Positions 1 through 10,530 of a DNA stretch of 64,000 nt are shown in pieces. This stretch comes from Neoechinorhynchus agilis (Eukaryota; Animalia; Acanthocephala): assembly GCA_051530055.1 (NCBI GenBank), contig CM121341.1:17524784-17588783 (forward strand), read 5' to 3'. The notes below the pieces were generated by a model. It was not told the DNA's origin, made no database searches, and worked only from the letters and a program-made list of their open reading frames with translations. Numbering within the stretch: position 1 is the stretch's first letter; each line of letters begins with the position of its first letter. The position numbers were made by a program, and so were the translations under genes.

Positions 1-29
1 TATTGTAAATGTCATGAAATCATTCACAC

Positions 30-645
30 CACCGCTCTGGATCACTCAGCTGCCGTCCTGGTGTAACGGTCGAAAGGACGGATGCAGTGTTCCCTCGTTG
101 CACAGCCAGACTTTTGTTTTGTCCTGATCTCGGATCGCCAATGATTCGTCTCAATCTCTTAGACAATTACTTGACCAGGTGCTTCGCCGCCGTAGCAAAC
201 AACCCGAGCGTCAATGATTTCGACCCAGGTCCCTGTATTTTGTCCTTTTGCGTTCCTCAGCGGCAGTTGCTTCTCCCACTGGTTTAATGGTGGCGAATTC
301 TATGTTGCTGACTGCGAGCGTGCCCACGAACGTGGCGTCCCAGAGAAGGCATTTTCCTTCTCGCGGCGGGGATCTACGGCCATCGAGTCGGCAAAGAATG
401 ACCGGCTCTAGGATGTTGAGCGCATTAACTGTATTCAGTTCACGGGCTAAGGCCATCAGACGAGACCATGGCGTCCCGATGGTTCCACGGTCTGGGATGT
501 GCACATCGGTACCCCAAGTCTCAGGGACACTGCAATCCTTACTGTCTCGTCGGAGAGAAGGATACCCGCAGAAGCGAATGGGATAGCGCTGAGCCAAGCA
601 GCCCATTCTCTTGTGGAGACTGCCGCCAATCGAGTTCGGTTCACC
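30..645 (-). mobile_element. CRE-like non-LTR retrotransposon, 3' fragment (restriction-like endonuclease region), degenerate
   Basis: ORFs 211-606 and 456-737 contain VSLRLG, ILEP..CRLDGRR, GKCLLWDATFVGT and AAEERKRTKY, typical of CRE RLE domains; DNA is similar to 58680-59230 and 46385-47000. Confidence 0.75.
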
Positions 646-650
646 CAGAT

Positions 651-778
651 AATTCCGACATTATCAAGGTTTTTCATTCTTTGTAAGTTTTTTATACTGT
701 CGCTTTCACAAGTTGAAAAACTTACAAGCAATGGCAAACCTTGGAGAAATGTCGGAATTATCCAACGAAATATCAGAA
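651..778. repeat. short inverted-repeat element with degenerate hammerhead-like motif
   Basis: aattccgacattatcaaggttt pairs with aaaccttggagaaatgtcggaatt; minus arm has a TTGATAA core; plus arm ends GAAATATC. Confidence 0.45.
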
Positions 779-854
779 ATAAATTGGTGAATTTAAATCT
801 GTGATAGTAAAACTAAGAAAAAGAAAGTTTCGTTTACCCCGATGCTAATTGATT

Positions 855-1035
855 CGCTGAACTGAAGGCTGCCGCAATATTGGAAAGGTTGAAAGATCAC
901 GTAGTGCTGAATACACCCCACGAAGTGCGAAGGACAACCGTTCAGCCAGAAAATCTGACATTTGAGGCGCTTCAGGGGATAGCAATTAAGCACGAAGAAA
1001 CAACAAAAGCGTACCAGGAAGGAAACAAAATATGA
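855..1035 (+). mobile_element. degenerate Ty3/gypsy gag fragment
   Basis: manual translation ERLKDHVVLNTPHEVRR..LTFEALQGIAIKHEET resembles gag RIKDHIIVVTP..LEEVLKIAEAIE at ~55260. Confidence 0.35.
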
Positions 1036-2304
1036 CACCATCAAAAATAATAAATCTTTGTTGTACCATTGAACCAGGATGCAAGCGTGAAACATGTTGG
1101 ATTTCTTCCTTTAAATTCGCCCCTAAGGGTGAATTTTATCACAATTATTTCTTTCTCTTTGCTCGTTCATACAGAAAAGGATTCGGCGAAACATTCCTTT
1201 TCTCTGGTAGATACCCCTTGAAAGCCTTCACTGAATGTGTTTCGGTCAAGTCATCTGTTAAAGCCACTTTTAACTTCGTTTGCATTATCTTAATAGCAGG
1301 CACTTTATGGCGATTTTCGTCCGTATATGAACCTATACAAGTTATCTGATGAACATCCTTAACACTGGATCGGACTTGTTCGGCACAAGCGACCGCTCTA
1401 CCAACCAGCGAATCAACAGCTAACCAGATTAATACTTTTTCGTCCTCTTCTAGCTTCCGCATTGCATATTTTATTGCGGCGAATTGCGTACGTGAAGACT
1501 TTGGACTAAATTCACCGCTCTACAAGATTAGTCGCTTTACTCGATTTCCTCAAAGAAAGGGTTTCAACGTCATTTGCCTTATGATCCGGAAATTGACTGA
1601 GCCATTTAAATGTCCTCATTCTGAAACTGAAGAAAACACAACTTAATAAAATATTAACGATTTCTGAACCATTTCAAATGGTAACGAAAATCCTAGAGCA
1701 GAAAATTTAAATGTAAATCGTAAATTCTTTAATGTTTACTGACAAGCCGCTTATATCTACTCGGGTTATTTTCCTTTTTAAGCATACAACCAAGCCGATC
1801 TCTTGCATCAGAGTAGTTGAACCGAGGTATCCGAGGATCCGGAGAAATGTACAAAACTCGTAACCGCATGCATCAGAGTCTAAGTGATCCAAGCATAGAA
1901 AAAAAATTAACCGTTAATCTTTAATATTTAAAGGAATTCGCTACCGATGAACAATTTTTAGTTATTTCATGAACTGTTAGATTTTGAAGTTCATAGAAAA
2001 CGCATTGAAAGGGTTATTCGGAAAACGCACTGGCTTATTCTACAAAATGTAAATTTTTCGTTGCTCAAAAAAATATTTCGAGTTTTATTCAGCTACATAA
2101 ATGATGAAATGTTCAATTGTTGCTAATCTTAAAAATTAATGCCATAGGAAAAACTCAACACATTTTTGGGTAATCAAGAACTTTCACTTTTCGACTTTTT
2201 GTTGTAAACAAAATCAAGCAGTTGATCCTACGGTTCTTCAATCAATAATAACAGAAGCGTTTGTGTTTAAAGATTGAATTGTTCATGTTTGAAGAAATTT
2301 ATTA

Positions 2305-2478
2305 GGTCCGATATTACGAAAGCATAATATTGTACGTCTTTATCAAGGATGCTTGTAAGCAGGATTTAACAAATTACTTCAAACTAAAACGAGAAGCTTC
2401 TTTATGGTGTAAAATTTAAAAGAATTTATTAAATCCGATATTTCGGAGGCACAAATACCTTTTTTTATTAAGGTTGCA
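2305..2478 (-). repeat. two degenerate copies of the 'taaatccgatatttcgg' hammerhead-bearing repeat family
   Basis: minus strand atcc-TTGATAA..GTAA-TA-T-C-ggac and aacc-TTAATAA..GAAA-TA-T-C-ggat; same family as 9868, 10003 and 19608. Confidence 0.55.
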
Positions 2479-2802
2479 ATTTTTACGCCATAAAGAACTC
2501 TTCAAACAATAATAGAAGCGAATAATAGAAATGAAACCATTGCCGATCAGACTCAGGTCTACGTAAATCGATAAGAATAAAGTTTTAAAGATCAAGTTCA
2601 ATAACAGCGACTGCAAACAACTAAATTCCGATAATATCCCAATTGATTCTTTCTGCATAATCCATGAAAATAATGTTTCACCATTTTTGGTCACTTTTTG
2701 GATTCTTCCCAGTGTTTATCGATGACATCAATAATACGTTGTAGTTAATAAATTTTTAGTTATTAAACGAGAGTTTGCTTACCTGAGAATGATTGAGTTT
2801 TA

Positions 2803-4466
2803 ATGTTTGTTTCTTTTTTCAGATTCATGTTTCCCAGATTCCGCCGATACGTCAAACTTGTTCTTGTATTTTCCGTCTTAGTTTTTATACTTTTCGCAAC
2901 ATTGGATCGACTAATGGTTACCATTAAGCCTGGACGAACGTTCAATGTTCAAATGCAACGAAATTTGGATCTCATATTCGTGGGTGGAGTACCCAGAAGT
3001 GGGACTACATTGATGCGTGCGATCCTGGACGCTCATCCTTTAGTTCGATGCGGTGAAGAGACTCGTATTTTACCGAGAATAACTGCCTTTATGGAGATGT
3101 CTGAACGTGAACAAAGGCGGTACCGTGAGGCTAAACTGAGTAGGGATCTCCTTGATAATGCATTCGCTTCTTTTATTCTGCAAATAATCACAAGACCTGA
3201 CAAAAACACTAACAAAAACACACGATTCTGCGATAAGGATCCATTCATGCTCAAATATACCGATCACTTGATCAGACTTTTCCCGAAAGCAAAGTTCATA
3301 CTCATGATTAGAGATGGACGAGCAGTTGTTAATTCTATGATCAGTCGCAAAGTTACCGTTTCTACCTTCAATCTTTCCGATTTCGGACAATGCCTTATTG
3401 CGTACGACTCTTTTGCTTCCAATATATTATCTTTCCTCAAAAAAAACACTCAATTGTTAAACATGTAATATATTTTAGCGACTATTAAATCTTTGACCGA
3501 TTAGAATAATTCGTTAGGAGTTTAATTTATCAGATCTTGAAAAGATTTCGAGTTAGAAAGCTGTGAGATTTAAATTCGTAAAGATTGCTCAAACTTAACC
3601 CATTTGAAGGATTTTTGCAACAAGGTTTCTTAATTCCAGAGCTTTAGTGTTTCGGTAGAACAATCAAAAATTTAGTTGTTAACTAAGTTTTGAGTTTATG
3701 AGAATAGACAAACTTTTAACTTCTTAAGCACTTAAAGTTTTTAACAATTTAAATTTTCTTGTGATGGTGCGCGATTTCTCCGAGAAGATTAAAGTTTATT
3801 ATTAGTTCTTGGCTTAGAGATCACTAAGACTGTCTCCCGGCAAAAAATGGGAATGTTTCGTTGCTAGCTACTAATTTAAAGAAAGTAAAGAATCTTACGC
3901 TATCGACGTTGGAATGACATAATAACGACGATGCAATTCAAATGTGATCGGTTCCCGTGGCAATGTTTGCCTGTTCGATACGAAAAGCTTGTTCTTGAAC
4001 CAAAAAAGCAGATTGAACGAGTTCTTCTGTTTCTCGGACTTCCTTGGAACGATAAGGTGCTTCATCATGAAGTCGAAGTCGGCTCGAAAATAAGTATTTC
4101 GAAGTAAGTTTTACGTTCCAATCCACTACTCATCAATTATTTAGAATGGAAAGATCGAGCGACCAAATCGCTCTTCCTATAAATAGTGAAGCGCTTATTC
4201 AAAGCAACGATTTCGCATCCGGTTTCCTTCAAAAGGCAAAATCGTTAGCCGGTACTTCATGGGTAAAAAATATTCCGGAGAGCGTTAAAGATAAAGTGGA
4301 CGAGATTGCACCAATTATGCGAAAGCTCGGCTATGATACGGTGAATTATCCTCCAAACTATGGAAAAGCGGACGCTCTCGTTGTCAACAATACTTTGGCT
4401 ATCGCAGAAGATTGGAAGAAATGGGAAGAACGAGTACGGCACCTTTTATCGACTGATAGTAATTGA
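2803..4466 (+). CDS. TPST: tyrosylprotein sulfotransferase (3 exons: ~2803/2827-3396, ~3904-4103, 4145-4466)
   Basis: N-terminal TM; FVGGVPRSGTTLMRAILDAHP, CGEETRILP, CDKDPF, ILMIRDGRA; middle exon RWNDII..CLPVRYEKLV..PWNDKVLHHE; last exon ERSSDQI..YPPNYGK; canonical 41-nt intron 4104-4144; intron 1 boundaries uncertain. Confidence 0.95.
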
Positions 4467-5962
4467 TTGCAACGCTGTATATGAATTTTTAACAAATTTC
4501 CGATTAAATAAGCAGTGATGAGATTGCTAGAAAGGTGTTTGCCTTCAAGGATAGTTAGAGTAACGTAATAGCGAGAATGCCGAGTCGAGACAACATTGAT
4601 GGAAATTATCATAAATTTTCCATAAAGGAATTCTCCATCCTTCCACGAAAAAGAGAATTTCTGCATAAACTTACGGGCACACTGGAAAATATTTTTCTAT
4701 ATCTATTGAAAGAAAACAATTATAAGAGTTTCTTAATGGCAAATCGTGTTCTAGTTACCGGCTGGCCAGACTTCAAAAATAAAAACAAACGATTCTGTTA
4801 TTATTGGTTGAAGAACCGTAGGATCAACTTATTGCTTGAATTTTTTATATTGAAATGTGGAGATGAAATGAACAAAAAGTCGAAAAGTGGAAGTTCTTGA
4901 TTACCTAAAAATGTAAACCTTATTATAAAAGCTATCGTTTTAGATTTTTTGATATTTTTATTTAAGCTTTGAAAATTTAAATTTGAACGCTTTACTCTCC
5001 TGTAACCCCTTAATTTTCAAATCTTTTTGTCAGGTTGGCACATAAATGGGTACACTTATAAGTTTATTTTTATTTCAGTTCTTCGGATACGTATTAAATT
5101 CTGCAATTCGATTTGTACGTAAATTCCATTTAATTCAAAAAGTTCACAATTACAGGTTGTCAATTAAAAATATTCTTTAAGTTAAAAAGTAAATTCGAGT
5201 CTTTGTTTTAACAGTGATAATAAAAAGGAACAATTATTGGTATGATCCTAAATTGCAGAAACAAAATTTTACCAATGAACGGTTTTCGGCTTGCTTCCGT
5301 TAAAATGAAATTAATGATGTAAACTTGATAAAATTGGTGATCGTAATTTCGAATTATTACAACGCAGTCTAGTTCACAAAGAAGTGGTTGACGCAATTTT
5401 GGTTAATGTATTCTAGCTAACAGTCGCTACCACAAATATAACCAGAGAACTCAATTTAACTTATTATCAAACTGTCAATGCCTCCAAATCATTTCTTGAA
5501 TTATGGGGAAAAGAATATTACGACAAAAGGACTGTTTTTTTGTCATGTCTGCAGGAAACTTCTGGTTTTCCTGCGATCATATATACGCTAGCGAAGGATT
5601 TCAAGCTTGAAAAAGAAATACTCCTGAAAAGATAATAGAATTTAAAGAATGGCCGTCACAGCGGCCTTTGTGATTTACTGTTACTCGTCTTTATTTTACA
5701 GAGGATTCGAAGTTCACTTTAGAAAGTGATTTGCACCTAAATTCCAAGAATCGTGGGCTAAAAGTACTGTATAGTTGGATAAGTCGATTTCAAAATGTCT
5801 TATAATGTTCTATAAAAATATATATATAATCAAAACCATTTCTGATACGCATTGATCCGAACGTTTGAGTAGAGCTTTAAACTCAAAATACTGTGCTTGT
5901 TCTATTTTGTATAAAAAATTAAACTAATCTTGCGTTTTTTCAGGCATTTAAGAGTATTAACG

Positions 5963-6050
5963 TCATCGCTCTGGACCACTCAGCCGCCGTCCGGTCTACG
6001 GCCATAGAGTCAGCAGGATCTGCTCGCTACCGGAATATTCACACCGACGA
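5963..6050 (-). mobile_element. small CRE-like remnant
   Basis: gctctggaccactcagccgccgtcc matches ~33-58; ggtctacggccatagagtcagc matches 372-392 and ~58877-58900. Confidence 0.45.
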
Positions 6051-8149
6051 TTAAGAGGTTCCATGAAATCTTCATCCAATTTTGTCTCAAAATCCGAATT
6101 TTACCTTAGAACCGAATCTATACGAGTCGTTAGTTTCTTCAATTGCGTCCAAAGACTTAGATTATTGTATATGCACGAAGAAAGCTCAACCTTTAGGCTC
6201 CATGGTTAAGAAACGATATGAAAATGAAAGCAAAAGTGTGGTGTGCAAAATTCCTTGCAGCGAATGTAGTAATCCGCATGGGATTGGGTTATAATTGAGG
6301 CCGTGTTTATTCGCCAGGTTGAAACAGTTGAAGGGAATAATGCGGACTTCGATCTAAATCTAAATACAATGTGAATTTGGCCATCCTCTGCGTGTGTTTT
6401 TAGACCCCGATAAATACACGAGATTGTGCCTAAATATCGGATATAATAAATTTCTTAAATTTATACGGTATATGAAAAGCAGGAATAGTTCAATCTTCAA
6501 ATAGGTACAGAAGCATTTTGAGACTACAGTTCAGAAATTCAAATCATAAAACTCTTTCGACAAGACATTTCGTCTCCTTTCTTATAGTAGTGACAAAAAC
6601 TATGCTAATTTATTGAATCGATATTTCGGCTCAATTCAGGGCTTTCATCATTTTGGTTGCCACTACATAACAATCATGAGCAGTTTCATTTTTGTATATT
6701 CTTTCTTATAGACATAAATCTGACTCAAGCAAATCACCAACGTATACAATCAATCAAAGCACGGCAGAAATGAAGTGATTTTTTAAAACTCGAATTCGGT
6801 TGAACTCGGTAGTTTAAATCTATCAAAGTTATCGTCGAGGATATGAGCTCTTCCGAACTGTCAATAAACTAAAATGTATTCTGGTGAAACGATCTAATCG
6901 CTCTTCTTATCGCGATCTAAAGAGCGATTTCCGATACAAGTTTAATCGGATTGGTTTTATTTGGTTAACCAAACAAACCGATTTGATTGTTCAAAAAAAA
7001 GGATGTCAAGGCAAATGTTCTTAAATTAGAGTCATTTATTCGTCTCTGAAGATAAATGTCATTCAGAACACCTTAAATTCTGTCTAACTGTCGCAGTAGC
7101 AACTTTTGCCCGTTTCAACCACTATAGGGATCGTGCGATCAAAGCGAAATTCATTAGCTTTGACTGTTTTCCCTGTAAAATAAGAAATTCCACTTTAGAA
7201 ATTGATGTTGTAGTCTCGCTACAGCATAAAACTCTTATGGTGGCATTATTGATACTCTTCACATTAAGCTTTTCACGTCGATGGCTATAGCAAATTCTTT
7301 ATAAGGATTCTAAGCGCTGTTTCGGGGCTTCTCTTTTGGGATTATTGGACCACACGAAGATTTCAACGTGTATTTGGTATTCCCTTGTGTTTAGTTGCGG
7401 TATATCCAAACCCGAAAAAATGATTCTGCTTCCTTAACAAGCAGGTTTTCGTTAACGTGTTGAAATTTCAACTTCGAGTTTATCGCAGATCGGATATTTC
7501 ATCATTATGTACAAATGGTAATCGTGGATCTTAAAGGTGACGTCGCTATAACATTTGTAGTTGGTAGATCACACCTTCGCTTCACTGTTTTAAACCGAAT
7601 TTAGGGCCCTGATCCTTTTTTCCCATCCGTATTCTAAATCTCTTCAAAGAATCTTGACACTATCCATTTGGATATTAGAGCGAGGTATTCTGCTTGTTGG
7701 TCGTCTGATTGTAGGTATAAGAGCACATTGGCTATAAAGTCAGGAACGTATTCAAATTCGACGACCGTCGTTCCTATCTGTTCTAGTGTATGAAATTCCT
7801 TCTGCCCGGCATCAGATGAAGATTGGTCTATACTTCTCTCATTCGTGACGCTTGCGGTTTTGTTTCGATAAACCTTCGCCGCCTGACTTTCTCCGTGCTA
7901 ATTATGGGTTCCATCTTTTTGAATATATTCACTGTTCTTACGCTCATTGAATTATCGTTCGTATATGGGAGTTTAAAATCGTCTTGGTATTTTATTCCTT
8001 CAAAAGATTCAGTTGCTTATTTTTCATAACCTTCCGTTGAATACGAAATGCGGAAACGAGAATCAAGATCAAAACTTAAAATACTGCCAATAAAGTCTAT
8101 GCGAAGTTTAGAATCTTGTTATTGAAACACCGGGAGTTATTTTGAAAGA

Positions 8150-8530
8150 GACGTGTTTTCTTTGTTCTCAATTTTAATTGAACCTCATTTCTTGTATTCA
8201 ACAATCACATAGAACATAAGAATAACGAGTACTTCTGAATTAATGTTGTCAAAATATACGAAAAGGCTATTTTTATTATAATCTGACGAGTCTATATAGG
8301 TTATGACCATGGACGATTGAACATATTCCGAGCTTTGTGATCGAATAGATTTTTCCGCTTCCTATAGCTACACTTTATCGGAATAATTGCTGGAATCGTA
8401 TTGGTTTCCTCCTCTTTACTGACGCTTTCTGTATTATCGTTTGCAGGATTATCGCTCTTCTCATCTCTGTCCGGATTTTGTGAATTTCGCTCCTCGTGGC
8501 TGGAATGTGACCTCTAAACTGGGATAAAGG
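8150..8530 (-). other. putative terminal exon and 3' UTR of an unknown gene, duplicated in inverted orientation at 10200-10530
   Basis: both copies translate to ..IIPIKCSYRKRKNLFD(H/Y)KA.N.FN.PWS-stop (TAA vs TGA) after a shared cccagtttag. Confidence 0.4.
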
Positions 8531-8829
8531 ATTTTTATAGCATAGTTGGATAGAAATTTGCCCGAAAAAGGAGCAAATTGTTGCGACCAGAAATATCGAC
8601 ATGTTTTGTGCAAAAAAATAATCGTCCTTATACTCTCGAGGATGTAAACATACAACATATTTCTCGTGATCGATGTTCTAGTGGCCTTTCATATACATGT
8701 AGCATTTTGTATTTACCATACGATAATCGATAACCTTTATGCGGTCCTGAAATGACATTGATGACGGTCCTCATACGATGGATTTTCCAGTGCGACAGTT
8801 ATCCGATACTGGACCAGTATTCGGTGGAG

Positions 8830-9530
8830 AACGGAAGGTAGGGATATCTGCGATGGTATTTTATTTTAGTCTCCGTTGGTGCCGGTATTCTCTATGATAA
8901 CTCTGTGTAGCTTTTCCTCTAACGGAAGGTAAGGAGATATGGGATGATATTAGCTTTAGTCGCTATGATGTCGGCATTCTTTTCCATAAGTCGTTGTAGC
9001 TTTTCCTAGAACTGAAAGTAGTGAGATATGGGATTATATTTAAGTTTAGTCGTCTTTGATGCCGATAATCTCTACCATCAATAAGTTGATTTTCCTCGAA
9101 CCGAAAGTAATGAGATCTGAGATTATTATTAGGTTGAAAAGATAGTTCATCATTGTTTTGTTCGAGATTAGAAAGTAATTAAATTTAATTAAATTAAATA
9201 TTTCGATCCTCTATCTCGGATCTTCTTCAGTATCTGAAAAACACAAACAGGGATTGTCAATCACTTAGTGTCTAATAATATCCGGCGGAAAGGTTTGGAT
9301 CGCCGTTGATGCCGTCACTATCTAACATCAATGAGTTGATTTTCCTCGAACTGAAAGTAATGAGATGTAAGATTATTATTAGGCTTAGTCGCCGTTGATT
9401 CCGGCATTCTCTCCCATCAGTCTGTGTCCCTTTTTCTCGACCGAAAAGTAGGAGGATCTGGGATGATATTTCGGTTAAGTTACCGTTGATAAAGGTTCTC
9501 TCTTCCATTGTGTTGTGTTTAATCTCACGT
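8830..9530. repeat. degenerate tandem repeat, 89-91 bp unit, ~6-7 units, interrupted at ~9135-9290
   Basis: units start aac(g/t/c)gaa(g/a)gta at 8830, 8921, 9010, 9099, 9349 and 9440. Confidence 0.75.
9192..9235 (-). ncRNA. minimal type I hammerhead ribozyme motif
   Basis: agata-CTGAAGA-A-GATCC gagataga GGATC-GAAA-TA-T-T-taatt: intact core, 5-bp stem II, palindromic AUAU stem III, AUU triplet, stem I 4/5 paired. Confidence 0.7.
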
Positions 9531-9778
9531 CGTCCTCTACTCTAAACCTACTAAAATAATCAGTGAACTGGGAACAGGACTGTTAAGTATTCTACTCGTC
9601 GATATTGCATTAAGGAAGTGCTTTAAGCAATTAAAGCGATGAGCACAGTTAAGGATATATTAACCGAGGCTATTCAATGCGAATAGGAAGCTCTTAGAAG
9701 TGAACAGTTGGTGCGAGTCAAAAAAGGTCAAAGGGAAAAAGTTAACGGTTCAATAAGGCAGGCCAAGGTTTGAAAATT

Positions 9779-10119
9779 GAATTCAATGAAACAAGCTGAA
9801 GGTTTACAGAAATCGGATAGTGATGCGTCTATGTTTTATAACGAAGAAATTTAAATGATTTTATTTTAAATCCGATATTTCGGCACAATCTTGGGCCTTT
9901 ATCAATCAAAAAGGAATTCAATGAAACAAGCTAAATGTTTACAGAAATCGCATAGTGATGCGTCCATGTTTTATGGCGAAGAAATTGAAATGATTTTATT
10001 TTAAATCGGATATTTCGGTACAATCTTGTGCCACTTATCAAGGTCGTTTTCGAAGAAAAATACAAGTAAGTTTTTGAATAGCTTGTGCCGAAATATCGGA
10101 TTTAAAATAAAATCATTTC
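9779..10119 (-). repeat. two ~136 bp direct repeats, each ending in a U3-A8 hammerhead-like motif, plus an inverted arm at 10084-10119
   Basis: minus strand TTGATAA-A-GGCCC aagatt GTGCC-GAAA-TA-T-C (9868-9910) and TTGATAA-GT-GGCAC aagatt GTACC-GAAA-TA-T-C (10003-10046); stem I weak. Confidence 0.6.
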
Positions 10120-10199
10120 ATATATCATTGTCCTCGGGGTGAATTTGATTGTACGTTGGCGAATCCTTTCCCGGTGTTGGTACTCATTAATTTATTTGA

Positions 10200-10530
10200 T
10201 AATCCCAGTTTAGATATGATAATATCGATAATGTTGCAAACGATAATCTAGAAAACGTCGGTAAAGAGGTGGAAACCAATAAGATTCCAGTAATTATTCC
10301 GATAAAATGTAGCTATAGGAAGCGGAAAAATCTATTCGATTACAAAGCTCCAAATATATTCAATTATCCGTGGTCATGAACTATTAGGACTCGTCAGATT
10401 ATAATAAAATTAGCCTTTTCGTGTATTTTGGCAAATTCAGTACTCGTTATTCTTATGTTCTATGTGATTGTTGAATACATGAAATGAGGTTTAATTAAAA
10501 TTGAGAACAAAGAAAACACGTCTCCTAGAG
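10200..10530 (+). other. inverted paralogous copy of 8150-8530
   Basis: high DNA similarity to the reverse complement of 8150-8430; same C-terminal peptide and stop position. Confidence 0.4.

Noticed and set aside
6900-8050. fragmentary minus-strand frames (RRRR site, SCYC end) suggesting a cystine-knot precursor
   Set aside because: Frames are interrupted and the required cysteine pattern was not found
8830-9530. CRISPR-like repeat-spacer array
   Set aside because: Whole units are homologous and degenerate; eukaryotic context; no cas genes
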